The notes under the pieces: generated by a model
Databases searched by the model: none
What the model was told of the DNA's origin: nothing
What the model saw: only the letters and a program-made list of their open reading frames with translations
Position numbers and translations under genes: made by a program
In this document: positions 1-11,668 of the stretch, in pieces
Position numbering within the stretch: the first letter of the stretch is position 1
Layout of the letters: each line of letters begins with the position of its first letter
Assembly: GCA_041577295.1 (NCBI GenBank)
Contig: JBFGJG010000040.1
Location: forward strand, 1-39,823
DNA length: 39,823 bases
Origin: Gemmatimonadales bacterium
Lineage (GTDB): Bacteria; Gemmatimonadota; Gemmatimonadetes; Gemmatimonadales; GWC2-71-9
Direction: 5' to 3'

Positions 1-7
1 TACCATC

Positions 8-538
8 ATGTTCGATCGTCAGCCCACGCTCACTGGCTCTCTGCTCGAGCTCAGACCGTTGCGACGCGGGGACTGGGACGGCCTCTTCGCAGTGGCTTCT
101 GATCCTCTCATCTGGGAGCAGCATCCCGATTCCGCGCGCTACAAGGAGGACGTCTTTCGCGCGTTCTTTGCCGAGGCGCTGGACTGCGGCGGCACCCTCG
201 TGGCCATCGAGCGCGAAACCGGCCAAATCGTTGGCTCCTCGCGCTACCATAGCTCTAACGCGCAGCCAGACGAAGTGGAAATCGGTTGGAGTTTCTTAGC
301 AAGGCGCTGCTGGGGGGGCAGGTACAACGGCGAAATGAAGCGCCTCATGCTGGAGCACGCCTTCGAGTTCGTAAGCCGAGTGGTCTTTCTCGTCGGGCCC
401 GAGAATCGTCGTTCGCGGCGGGCGGTGGAGAAGATCGGTGGGGTTTGTGTCGGGCGCCGGCCAGATGCGAGCGGACGGGATTCCATTGTGTACGAGCTCA
501 CCAAAGCCGCTTTCGCAGCGCGGACTGGCGATGAATGA
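8..538 (+). CDS. GNAT N-acetyltransferase (RimJ/RimL-like)
   Basis: 176 aa; 'LELRPL', 'EVEIGWSFLARRCWGGRYN' and 'N.RSRRAVEKIG' are typical Acetyltransf_3 motifs. Confidence 0.85.
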   Translation: MFDRQPTLTGSLLELRPLRRGDWDGLFAVASDPLIWEQHPDSARYKEDVFRAFFAEALDCGGTLVAIERETGQIVGSSRYHSSNAQPDEVEIGWSFLARRCWGGRYNGEMKRLMLEHAFEFVSRVVFLVGPENRRSRRAVEKIGGVCVGRRPDASGRDSIVYELTKAAFAARTGDE

Positions 539-643
539 CCAGCGCGTGCGAATTGGCGTCCCAACAACCGCTTGGTGCGTCACGAAAAACGGATGGCCCC
601 ATATAACTCGCCGCGCAACAGCGACACGAGCCGTCAGCTACTC

Positions 644-1033
644 ATGAGCCACTTCATCGCCATCGCTCCTCGGTTACCGGTCGCGGACCTGCAGCGATCA
701 ATCGCTTTTTATCAAGATACGCTTGGGTTCCATATGGAAGTGGCTTGGCCCGATCCAAATCCCACGTTCGCGCTCCTCACGCGGGACAACGTCACCATTG
801 GTTTGTTTGAGCCGATGCAAGACCAATCTCAGTCAATTGGCTACGCCGAACTCTACATAGAAGTTGACAGCGCCCAAGAACTGCATGCCGCATGGAAGGA
901 ACGTGTGAAGGTAGAATGGGGACCTGAAGTGTACTCATACGGTCGACGCGAGTTCGCAGTCCGAGATCCCGATTCATACTTGGTGATCTTTACCGAACCC
1001 ACCGAGGATCCTGTTTCCGCGGATGAGCCGTGA
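644..1033 (+). CDS. VOC/glyoxalase/bleomycin-resistance family protein
   Basis: 'IAPRLPVADLQRSIAFY..LGF' and 'YGRREFAVRDPDSY'; start moved to ATG 644 within ORF 572..1033. Confidence 0.85.
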   Translation: MSHFIAIAPRLPVADLQRSIAFYQDTLGFHMEVAWPDPNPTFALLTRDNVTIGLFEPMQDQSQSIGYAELYIEVDSAQELHAAWKERVKVEWGPEVYSYGRREFAVRDPDSYLVIFTEPTEDPVSADEP

Positions 1034-1072
1034 ATCAATCGACCGTCTGCCCAACGACTCGCTGGGGCGAGA

Positions 1073-1561
1073 TCACTTGCCGAGCCGCTCCCGCGCCTGA
1101 CCTTCGGTACGCCCCAGCGCGGCCGCGTCGGCCCGCGTATCGAGCGAGTCAGAGTCCTCCGCCATTCTGGCGAGCGCAAGCGATCCGGCCGCGGAGGCTG
1201 CGCCGGCCACTCCAAAGATGGGCCCCAAAAACACCAGATCGTCTAGCAGCGTCGGGTCCCCTGCAAGGGCAACGGCGAGGACAAACATCACCGAAAGCAG
1301 GAACCCCCCAACGGCCCCCCACCCTGCAAAGCGCGGAAGCGACAACTGATCGAACCGGCGACGGCGCCCGACGATCGCAAGAACAACAGAGAACGTGGCG
1401 CCGGCAAAAAAGCCAAGCATACCAAACCCGAGCGGAAACGGGACGTCGGCGGCGCCGACACCGACGATCAGCAGAAGGACCATACCGGCGCCGAACCATG
1501 CTATGGCCCAGGTCAGACCCATTCCGATTGCAGCGCGGATGCGTCGCAGCCACTTCTTCAT
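1073..1561 (-). CDS. 4-TM membrane protein, hypothetical
   Basis: 162 aa with four hydrophobic segments; GGAGG RBS upstream on the minus strand. Confidence 0.8.
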   Translation of the reverse strand: MKKWLRRIRAAIGMGLTWAIAWFGAGMVLLLIVGVGAADVPFPLGFGMLGFFAGATFSVVLAIVGRRRRFDQLSLPRFAGWGAVGGFLLSVMFVLAVALAGDPTLLDDLVFLGPIFGVAGAASAAGSLALARMAEDSDSLDTRADAAALGRTEGQARERLGK

Positions 1562-1622
1562 TACGACCTCCCGAGGCGCTAGGACCTTCTCGCCATTGAC
1601 GATGGCACCAGTTCAGCACCAT

Positions 1623-1639
1623 ACTTTGCGTTGCAAAGT
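1623..1639. promoter_or_regulatory. Palindromic operator ACTTTGC-GTT-GCAAAGT
   Basis: Perfect 7-bp inverted arms; 15/17 identical copy at 3531-3547; minus-strand TTGACC at 1661-1656. Confidence 0.65.
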
Positions 1640-1781
1640 CGGTGCCAGGGAGAAGGGTCAAAAGGGTGAATTGGCGCGGTGGAGCTGATCGGTTTGACCC
1701 GCTCATCCGGGCCGCGCAGGTTAATGCCAAATCCGTTCGGCTGCACCTCGTCAGTGGTCCAACACCCCAAGAGGTACCTAA

Positions 1782-2417
1782 ATGAGTTCCAATGACAGAC
1801 CGAGCATCAAGCCGACACCCGACGGGCCGTACCTCGTGAAAAACCTGGAGCGACTCGCCAACCGGAACGGACCCATTGAGGCCCCTGCCACGATGGCCCT
1901 ATGTCGCTGCGGGGGATCCGGCAACAAGCCGTTCTGCGATGGGACCCATGCCAAGATCGGATTCTCCTCGGCCAAACTCGATGACCGCGTACCCGACCAG
2001 CGAGAAGACTACGAGGCTGAGCAGATCACCATCCATGACAATCGAGGGATCTGCGCTCACGCCGGGCATTGCACCGATGGACTCCCCTCGGTGTTTCGCT
2101 TGAAACAGGAGCCCTGGATCGATCCGCAAGCTGCGCCCCCAGAACAGATCATCGCCACGATCCGACAATGTCCGTCGGGAGCGCTCAGCTACACCGTCGA
2201 TGGCGTAGAGCACCGCGATAGGGAGGGCTCTCCGGCAATCCTCGTTTCTCCCCATGGTCCCTACGTGGTGACGGGTGGTCCGGAGCTCCTCGACACCGCG
2301 CGCGGTGAGGGTGCTTCGACAGAGCACTTCACGCTGTGCCGGTGTGGAGGATCGAAAAACAAGCCGTTCTGCGACGGCTCGCACTGGTACAACAACTTTC
2401 GTGATGACAAGAACTGA
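1782..2417 (+). CDS. CDGSH iron-sulfur protein (CDGSH - divergent 4Fe-4S/DUF1271-like - CDGSH)
   Basis: Two 'LCRCGGS.NKPFCDG[TS]H' motifs flanking 'CAHAGHC...CPSGAL'. Confidence 0.9.
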   Translation: MSSNDRPSIKPTPDGPYLVKNLERLANRNGPIEAPATMALCRCGGSGNKPFCDGTHAKIGFSSAKLDDRVPDQREDYEAEQITIHDNRGICAHAGHCTDGLPSVFRLKQEPWIDPQAAPPEQIIATIRQCPSGALSYTVDGVEHRDREGSPAILVSPHGPYVVTGGPELLDTARGEGASTEHFTLCRCGGSKNKPFCDGSHWYNNFRDDKN

Positions 2418-2752
2418 TGCCGATGATGCAGCAGATTCTTCCAATCGCTACGTGCATCCTGGCCCTCGGCTGTGCCGGGTCTGCACCTGCCCCGGCAGTC
2501 CAGCCCTCATGCACAGAAGGCACGGTTCTGCGCATCGACAATCGCACGCAAAGCGACGTCGACATCCTCGAACGCGTGCATAGCGTCGAAAGGGTGGTGA
2601 CGACCGTTTCACCGGGTTCCCACACTGTACCGGTTACGCCCACGTCCGGCGGTCATTATCTCGCTCGCCGGGCGCGAACGAACGACTATCTCGCCCATGA
2701 AAGGAGTGTATCCGGACCCGTGCGCATCTCGCGCTCCTGTGCCGACGGTTGA
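2417..2752 (+). CDS. Putative small lipoprotein
   Basis: Signal peptide ending in lipobox-like 'LALGC'; start overlaps the upstream stop (TGATG). Confidence 0.6.
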   Translation: MPMMQQILPIATCILALGCAGSAPAPAVQPSCTEGTVLRIDNRTQSDVDILERVHSVERVVTTVSPGSHTVPVTPTSGGHYLARRARTNDYLAHERSVSGPVRISRSCADG

Positions 2753-2876
2753 TTCCATCGATGCTGGCGGCCGTGACTGGGAGAATGGCGTCACGCTATC
2801 TCGAGCACGGACTCGCCAAAGCGCACTTCGGCAGTCGGGCCAGATCCTAATGCCTATGGGCGCGTCACGCGCGGGG

Positions 2877-3509
2877 TCAGTCCGCCCGCATTCCCCCCGT
2901 GTCAGTTTGCTCCCTCGCAGCATGTCGAAACAGCATGGCCGATCCGACAAACAGGACGATGAAGAACCCATTGAGGATCACTACCTCAGGCACGGAGCTC
3001 ACCTCGGCTTGATGCTTCCCCATGATCAGCGCTATCACGACGACCAACGCATGGGCAAGCGCCGTCGCGAACAACGCGCGTGCCATGCCATTTGCCCGGA
3101 AGCGCGCGATGATGGCACCGATCATTCCGACGGCGAGCACCGCGACATACATCAAATCGGCAGGGTCGCCATCACTTCCGAGGATGCCGACGCCAAGGCT
3201 CATCCAGACGAGAATGAATGCCGCCCCCAGCGCAACGCTGACGGCGGCTCGGTACGCAATATTGCCCGTCGTCTCGTAGAGGGCGCGGGCGGTGGCGACG
3301 ACGCCCCCAAGAATGAAGCCGAGAAACGGCCACCCCTGGAACACGGCCTCCGTCATCGCGCTGCCCAGGTCACTGCCCCCGACCAACCACTTGAGCAGAG
3401 CGACGACGCCGCCGACACCCGCGGCAAAGGCCAATCCCAGGGCCACCACCCCACGGACGAACCTCATCAACCGGATAATCGACGCTTCCGCGGCAGTGTC
3501 CATCACCAT
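2877..3509 (-). CDS. Multi-pass membrane protein, hypothetical
   Basis: About 6 hydrophobic segments; AAGGA RBS before ATG at 3509 (ORF extends to 3542). Confidence 0.8.
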   Translation of the reverse strand: MVMDTAAEASIIRLMRFVRGVVALGLAFAAGVGGVVALLKWLVGGSDLGSAMTEAVFQGWPFLGFILGGVVATARALYETTGNIAYRAAVSVALGAAFILVWMSLGVGILGSDGDPADLMYVAVLAVGMIGAIIARFRANGMARALFATALAHALVVVIALIMGKHQAEVSSVPEVVILNGFFIVLFVGSAMLFRHAAREQTDTGGMRAD

Positions 3510-3530
3510 CGTTTCCTTTAGGACGGCGTC

Positions 3531-3570
3531 ACTTTGCGTCACAAAGTACTTTATTTAAGGCTTTCGTCAA
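3531..3570 (-). promoter_or_regulatory. Sigma70-like promoter (TTGACG-16 nt-TACTTT) with palindromic operator ACTTTG-CGTCA-CAAAGT overlapping the -10
   Basis: -35 at 3570-3565, -10 at 3548-3543, palindrome at 3531-3547, 22 nt upstream of the ATG. Confidence 0.65.
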
Positions 3571-3852
3571 GGTCACCCTATCCCGGTTTGACCACATCCG
3601 GACGGCCGCCAAGAAGGTCTCATGGATCCTTCATTCAACATCGGTGCTGCTCGTGAGGAATTGCACGCCCAGGAGCAGCTTTGGTGGGATCGAATCTCGC
3701 CGAGACAACGCGGACACGAAGGAGACCTGAGGCCATGAGCCGAAGCCGTTTTCTTGGTATCTTATTTGTCGTGCTGATCAGGAAACGGACCGCTCTTCGG
3801 AGTTTCCTGGTCGTGCCCGCCGAAGGAAATCCATGAACGTGAGCCGCAATAG

Positions 3853-6072
<2,220 letters not shown>

Positions 6073-6101
6073 ATTCGGAGAAAGGCGAGGCATCTTTTCA
6101 C

Positions 6102-6827
6102 ATGTCTCGACGCTTCGATGAACGAGAAGTTGCGCTGATTCTCCGCGAAGCAACACGGGTGGTCCGCGGATCCGAGGCCGGATCCGTGGACCCCCTCACT
6201 TTGGGGGCAGGAGACGGCCTCACTCTCGAGGAGCTCAAGGAGATCGCGTCAGAGGTTGGGATCGATCCATCCCGCGTGGATCAAGCAGCGCGCAGCCTGT
6301 TGGTGCGGCCCCGCCCTTCGCCCTTCCAGATGTTCCTGGGAACTCCGGCTCAGATCAGGATCCAATCCGAGCTTCCTGCGAAGCTCGATGACAAAGATCT
6401 CAGCGAGGCGCTCTTTGAGATCCGTTCCGTGATGTCCGTCCAGGGAACACCCGGCGGTTCACCCGGCGCTTGGGAATGGACGTCGGGGAGTGAGTTGGGT
6501 GGGCGGCACGTCACCATCGCGCGGACCTCCACCGGCACCCGCCTCGATGTTACCGGGGACTTCGGGAATGCGGCGCGCGGCGCTGCAGGGGTAGGAGCAG
6601 TCGTGGCCGGCGTTGGCGCAGTCGGCGTGACCGCGGCAGTCGCAGCCGTTGGAGCGGTGGGATTGGCGCTCGCTCCGGTGGTCGCGGCTGGTGTGGTTCT
6701 GATACCGCGCCTGACCGTGGGGCGTATGGTTTCCCAGGAAACGCAGAAGTTATCGCACCTCGCGAGTCGGCTGCGAGTACTTCTTGCAGCGCGCTCCGGC
6801 GATATCGATGCGGCGGAAGATGAGTGA
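6102..6827 (+). CDS. Hypothetical membrane-anchored protein
   Basis: N-terminal 'EVALILREA' and 'LTLEELKEIASEVGID' helical motifs; C-terminal Gly/Ala/Val-rich TM hairpin. Confidence 0.75.
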   Translation: MSRRFDEREVALILREATRVVRGSEAGSVDPLTLGAGDGLTLEELKEIASEVGIDPSRVDQAARSLLVRPRPSPFQMFLGTPAQIRIQSELPAKLDDKDLSEALFEIRSVMSVQGTPGGSPGAWEWTSGSELGGRHVTIARTSTGTRLDVTGDFGNAARGAAGVGAVVAGVGAVGVTAAVAAVGAVGLALAPVVAAGVVLIPRLTVGRMVSQETQKLSHLASRLRVLLAARSGDIDAAEDE

Positions 6828-6860
6828 TGTGCGGGTGACCGACGGTCACCCTACAGGCGC

Positions 6861-7433
6861 TTGAAAAACGCGTGGCCTTTCGTTGGCGCGGGTGATGTCG
6901 AGCACATGCGAGTCGTTCACGTTCTCACCTCGGCATGCACCAAACCACCGCAATCGAAGGAGCAACAGGTGGCATGGTCGACGTCGAGCGCATTTGATTT
7001 CGTCCTTGGCGAGTGGGATATCGAGATGAAGGTTGTTCCCGAGGGTGCGACCATTGGGCGGCGTGCGATCATGCGAGCGTACCGATTTCTCGATGGCGCT
7101 GCGATCCTCGACGAATGGCGTCACTTCGACGAGGCAGGCGACACCATCGTTTTTCGAGGGGCGGGATTTCGGACCTTCGTTCCTGACGCCAATCACTGGT
7201 ATGTCATCTGGATGATGGCGCAGGTCGAGGGTTACTCCGAGCTCAGAGCCGAGCGCGCGGACGGTGAGCTCCGCACCACTGGCAGCGGCTGGGATGCGGG
7301 CGGCAAGCTCCTCGAGCGGGGGAGATACTTTGATATCTTGCAGAATGCGTTCTCCTTCAGTTTGGATCGCTCGTATGATGGTGGCAGCACGTGGATCCGA
7401 CCCTTCGTGGCCTTCCGCGCAACGCGACGTTAG
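6861..7433 (+). CDS. DUF1579-like beta-barrel protein (start uncertain, alternative ATG 6906)
   Basis: 'AFDFVLGEW' and 'SYDGGSTW' motifs. Confidence 0.65.
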   Translation: MKNAWPFVGAGDVEHMRVVHVLTSACTKPPQSKEQQVAWSTSSAFDFVLGEWDIEMKVVPEGATIGRRAIMRAYRFLDGAAILDEWRHFDEAGDTIVFRGAGFRTFVPDANHWYVIWMMAQVEGYSELRAERADGELRTTGSGWDAGGKLLERGRYFDILQNAFSFSLDRSYDGGSTWIRPFVAFRATRR

Positions 7434-7451
7434 GCGGCAGCGACCGCAATC

Positions 7452-8006
7452 GTGAGTAACAAGCAAATGACAATGCAGATCACGCGTCTCATTCTGCTTT
7501 GGTTGGTTGGCACTGCCAGTTCTTCTCCAGGTGAGCTGGTCCCAGACTCGATCCAATCGTGTAACGAGACTCGCCTGACCCCTATCACGTCGTTCGAGGG
7601 CCGCTGGCAGGTGCAGAGCCGTGAACCCAACCGCACTCCGGCCCGCGTTCGTGCTGGAACGGCAACGGTCACGAACGTTGCAGGCGGATGCGCCCTCGAG
7701 GAGCGTCTTCAGTTTCATGATGGCTACGAGGAAGTGCGCATATGGGCGTTTGACGAGGGTGAAGACAAGTGGCAACTCGCGCTGGTCGATAGCGAACATG
7801 GAAATCTCGTCGTCATGAGCGGGCACGCTGATACAGAGGGTGTCGAGTTCATAACCACGCACCAGCGGCGCGACCGATTGCTCGTCGATCGGGTCTCCCT
7901 GCGGCGAACCGAGGCCGGATGGCACATGCAAATAGAGACCGCACTGTGCTACGGCGCTCCTTGGCGGCTGCTGCAAGCAATTACGTATACGCCCGAGCCT
8001 GGCTGA
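7452..8006 (+). CDS. Secreted DUF1579-like beta-barrel protein
   Basis: Signal peptide; 'FEGRWQV', 'GGCALEE' and 'DSEHG' motifs. Confidence 0.6.
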   Translation: MSNKQMTMQITRLILLWLVGTASSSPGELVPDSIQSCNETRLTPITSFEGRWQVQSREPNRTPARVRAGTATVTNVAGGCALEERLQFHDGYEEVRIWAFDEGEDKWQLALVDSEHGNLVVMSGHADTEGVEFITTHQRRDRLLVDRVSLRRTEAGWHMQIETALCYGAPWRLLQAITYTPEPG

Positions 8007-8390
8007 ACCTGACGGGAGCTACTCGCCTTCGTGGAACCCTCGGATATTGCGCTTCGGCGCATGTCGCGAAATGTTTGACGGTCACGCTCCTCGCTGGCGC
8101 GTCGCCCGGCGGGTGAGCACTCCCCGTTCAGCACAACAGCCCGCCGACTGAAGTGAAATCCAGGTTTCGCATCCAATTGAGCACACTGCTCTATCGTTGC
8201 ACGGCTCCCTTTCTGGAAGGTGATTTGTGGCCGCACGAGACAATTGCGGAACTATCTCCCGGGACAGGTATGGAAATACAAGACCCGCCGGGGTGAGGAG
8301 GAATCTCGGCTTGAACGGCCGTGAACCGCGGCACGCCGGTGTAAGGGCGACGGTAGGACTTCAGAGCTAGGCCCCAACCGAAGGAGCCAA

Positions 8391-11300
8391 GTGCCGAGCG
8401 ACACGAGTGGGGTCGGTCGCGAACCCACGGTGCGGTTAGACGTCCGACTTCTCGGTGCAGTTGAGATCATCCTGGATGGCCGGCGCCTTCGCGCCTTCAA
8501 TTCTCTCCGCTTGCAGCGGTTCCTGGCGTTGATTGCGTTACGGAGAGGCCCGCAGCACCGCTCACGACTCGCGTTCGAGCTTTGGCCCGACTCCGACGAA
8601 CGTCAGGCACGCACCAACCTCAGAAAGCTGCTGCACGACTTCCGTCATTCCCTGCCCGACGTCGACGAGTTCGTCGAGATCGACAATGAGGTTGTGCGGT
8701 GGATATCGACTGGGGCGAGCGAGGTTGACGTGCTGCGGTTCCGCGATGCCACTTCGGGCGGCGATCTTGAGCTCGCCGCGCGTCTCTATGCGGGCGATCT
8801 GCTTCCAGCCTGTTACGACAACTGGGTCCTCGAGGAGCGAGCGAAACTTCGCGCTGAGGCCTTTGGAGTCCTCGTGCGGCTGGCACAAGAGGCAGCGCGG
8901 CAGGACGACCACACAGCGACGATCCGGTACGCCCAACGCATCATCGACTTGGAGCCGACCGACGAAGTAACCGTTCGAATGCAGATGGAAGCACATCTCG
9001 CACTGGGCGACAGAGCCGCGGCGCTGCGCTCCTACCACCGCTACGCGGAGGTGCTCGAGCGCGACCTCGAGCTGACACCGGGTGAGACGATGCTGGCCAT
9101 GTACCAACAGCTCGGGGCTGGCACACTCCACCGCGACGAAACGCAGACCACAGACGTGGCTCCCGTCGCCGAATCGCCGTTCGTCGGCCGCGACCGCGAG
9201 TGGAGCCAGCTCACGCAGGCATGGAACACCGAGCGGGCCGATGGGGCACATCTGGTGTTGGTGACCGGGGAACCGGGAATCGGCAAGTCCCGTCTTGCAC
9301 TGGAATTCGGCCGGCGCGTTCGCGCAGAGGGGCACATGGTGGCATCGGCTCGTGCCTACGAGGCTGCGGGCAGACCGCCGTGGGGTCCCGTGGTCGACCT
9401 CCTCCGATCGAACGCGCTGCGCAGCCACATCGACACGCTCGACACTGTCTGGAGGACTGAGCTCGCGCGACTCCTGCCCGAACTGCTCGACGCGCCCCAA
9501 TCAGCGAGACCGAGCCAGCCGGGCGACCTCGCTCAGCGGTATCGCCTGTTCGATGCCGTGAGCCGAGCCATCACCGCCGGCGACCGCCCGCGTTTGCTGA
9601 TCATCGACGACCTGCAGTGGTGTGACAGCGAGACAATCGAGTTGATCGGGTTCGTTGTCCGTTCCACACAGACGGCACCGGTGCTCATCGTGGGTACGGT
9701 CCGCTCGGAGGAGGTCCCAGAGCATCATCCGCTCGTTGGACTCATCGACGCACTGGGCCACGACCACGCCGTGACCACCGTGCCGCTGGACCGACTCGAC
9801 GAAGCCACTACGGCGACGCTCGCTGCGCGGCTCCGCGGTGAAGAAACCATCGATCCGAAACTGGCGGCACGGCTCTGGAGCGAGACCGAGGGCAACCCGC
9901 TCTTCGTCATCGAAGCGCTGCGAGCTGGGATCTCTTCCCAGACGAGTCAGGCAGTGCTCACACCCACCATGCGTGCGGTGCTACGCGCCCGACTGGGCCA
10001 ACTGACCGAAGACGCCCGGCGAGTCGCCGAGGTGGCGGCCGTCATCGGTCGGCCCTTCTCGCTTGGTCTGATGCATTCGACCACGGGGATTGATGAACCC
10101 GAGTTGGTCGATCATATCGACGAGCTCTGGCGGCGACGAATCATTCGCGATCAGGGGATCACGTACGATTTCAGTCACGACAAGCTGCGGGCGGTTGCCC
10201 TCGAGATGGTGAGTCCAGCACGTCGGCGTCAGGTCCACCGGGCCGTCGCCGAGGCGATCGCGGTTCAGCATCACAACGACCTCGACGCGGCCAGCCCGCA
10301 ACTGGCCGCACACTACGACCAGGCCGGGATGGTCGAACCCGCCATTCAATACTACCGCGTCGCGGGGGCCCGCGCGGTGGCGGTGTCGGCTTTCGAAGAA
10401 GCGGTCACCATGTTTCGGCGAGCGCTCGCTCTGCTCGCGGACTTGCCACCGTCAGCGGATCGTGACGCGCTCGAACTGGACATACGGATCGCCCTCGGCT
10501 CACCAATGGTTGCCCTCGACGGCTACGGTGCCAGTAGCGCCCACCAATTGTACGAGCGCGCACTATCGCTTTGCCGCAAGCTTCACAGGCCCGTGGACCC
10601 CCCGATCCTCCGCGGTCTCGGCCTCGCGCGGCTGCAGGGATGCCGCTTCGATGACTGCAATCAACTCGGCCAGGCGCTCCTCGACCATGAAAGTCGTGAT
10701 CCAATCGCCCAGACGGAGGGCCGCTACCTCCTCGGCGTGAGCGCGTTTTGGCAGGGGAATCTGGATCTGGCCCGCCACTATCTCGCCGATGCTATCGACG
10801 GCTATGACGTGTTCCATCGCGACGAGCATCTGGCGTTGTACGCACAGGATCCGAAGGCGGTTTGCCTGGTACGACTGGGCCTCGTCGAGCTGTGGGCCGG
10901 AGATGCCGGCCGGGCCGACGCGACGGCCCGCTCTGCTCTCGAGATCGCCGTCGATCTCGATCATCTCATGACGTTGGAGTACGTCCTCACGTACGCGACG
11001 ATCCTCGCGGCCGAATCCGAAGATCTCGCCCGCCTTGCCGAGCTCCTCAGGGACGCCGACCTCGTGTGGAAACGCCTGTCGGAGCGCTACCTCGTGATCG
11101 TCCTGGACGCCCTGCGGGGCTGGCTCGAGGTCCGCGACGGATCGGCCGCAGGTATCGACGAGATCGTACGGTCGGTAGCGCGCTCGCGCACCGAAGGGGA
11201 AACCCTCCACCTCACCTACACGCTCCTTCTCCTCGCGAGGGCTCGCGGCTTGGTGGGCGAGTTCCGCGAGGGACGCGCCGCCACACGCGAAGGGCTCTCG

Positions 11301-11597
11301 TGGACTGACCGATGGAACCAACGCTACCTCGAAGCCGAGTTGTGGCGAGTTGACGGTGAGCTGGCGTATCGGAGCGGGGAAACCGAAGCTGCCGCGGCCT
11401 CGCTGCACAGCGCCGTTGACGTCGCGGCCGCCCAAGGCGCGCGCTGGATGGAGCTTCGGGCGCTCCACTCCCTCGCCAGTCGATTTCCCGATCCCTCAGT
11501 ACGTGAACGACTTGCAGACCTCATCGACGCGATCCCGTCGGGCCATCATCTCCCCGCGTTCCGCGCAGCGACACGGCTTCTGAGCGAGTCCGGCTGA
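8391..11597 (+). CDS. SARP/AfsR-type regulator: wHTH-BTAD + AAA ATPase (STAND) + TPR
   Basis: 'VRLLG', 'LWPD...ARTNLR', 'LYAGDLL' (BTAD); Walker A 'GEPGIGKS'; Walker B 'IIDDLQW'; 'EGNPLF'; C-terminal TPR-like helices. Confidence 0.92.
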   Translation: MPSDTSGVGREPTVRLDVRLLGAVEIILDGRRLRAFNSLRLQRFLALIALRRGPQHRSRLAFELWPDSDERQARTNLRKLLHDFRHSLPDVDEFVEIDNEVVRWISTGASEVDVLRFRDATSGGDLELAARLYAGDLLPACYDNWVLEERAKLRAEAFGVLVRLAQEAARQDDHTATIRYAQRIIDLEPTDEVTVRMQMEAHLALGDRAAALRSYHRYAEVLERDLELTPGETMLAMYQQLGAGTLHRDETQTTDVAPVAESPFVGRDREWSQLTQAWNTERADGAHLVLVTGEPGIGKSRLALEFGRRVRAEGHMVASARAYEAAGRPPWGPVVDLLRSNALRSHIDTLDTVWRTELARLLPELLDAPQSARPSQPGDLAQRYRLFDAVSRAITAGDRPRLLIIDDLQWCDSETIELIGFVVRSTQTAPVLIVGTVRSEEVPEHHPLVGLIDALGHDHAVTTVPLDRLDEATTATLAARLRGEETIDPKLAARLWSETEGNPLFVIEALRAGISSQTSQAVLTPTMRAVLRARLGQLTEDARRVAEVAAVIGRPFSLGLMHSTTGIDEPELVDHIDELWRRRIIRDQGITYDFSHDKLRAVALEMVSPARRRQVHRAVAEAIAVQHHNDLDAASPQLAAHYDQAGMVEPAIQYYRVAGARAVAVSAFEEAVTMFRRALALLADLPPSADRDALELDIRIALGSPMVALDGYGASSAHQLYERALSLCRKLHRPVDPPILRGLGLARLQGCRFDDCNQLGQALLDHESRDPIAQTEGRYLLGVSAFWQGNLDLARHYLADAIDGYDVFHRDEHLALYAQDPKAVCLVRLGLVELWAGDAGRADATARSALEIAVDLDHLMTLEYVLTYATILAAESEDLARLAELLRDADLVWKRLSERYLVIVLDALRGWLEVRDGSAAGIDEIVRSVARSRTEGETLHLTYTLLLLARARGLVGEFREGRAATREGLSWTDRWNQRYLEAELWRVDGELAYRSGETEAAAASLHSAVDVAAAQGARWMELRALHSLASRFPDPSVRERLADLIDAIPSGHHLPAFRAATRLLSESG

Positions 11598-11600
11598 AGG

Positions 11601-11633
11601 GGAACGCTTTCGGAACGCCTCAGGGTGTATCCT
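11601..11633 (+). promoter_or_regulatory. SARP-type heptamer direct repeats GGAACGC-N4-GGAACGC plus putative -10 TATCCT
   Basis: Repeats at 11601-11607 and 11612-11618 (11-bp period); TATCCT at 11628-11633. Confidence 0.6.
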
Positions 11634-11668
11634 CAGCGCAGTTGGTGAACCGAGCCAAGGAGCACCCA

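Noticed and set aside
2697..3521. 274-aa + strand His/Asp/Arg-rich ORF
   Set aside because: Antisense reading of the hydrophobic minus-strand gene, which has its own RBS and promoter.
6846..7976. 376-aa minus-strand ORF
   Set aside because: Antisense to two + strand genes with recognisable motifs; it has no domain signal of its own.
8435..8441. GTTAGAC core-site match
   Set aside because: It lies within the coding start of the regulator and has no partner arm, so it is probably a chance match.
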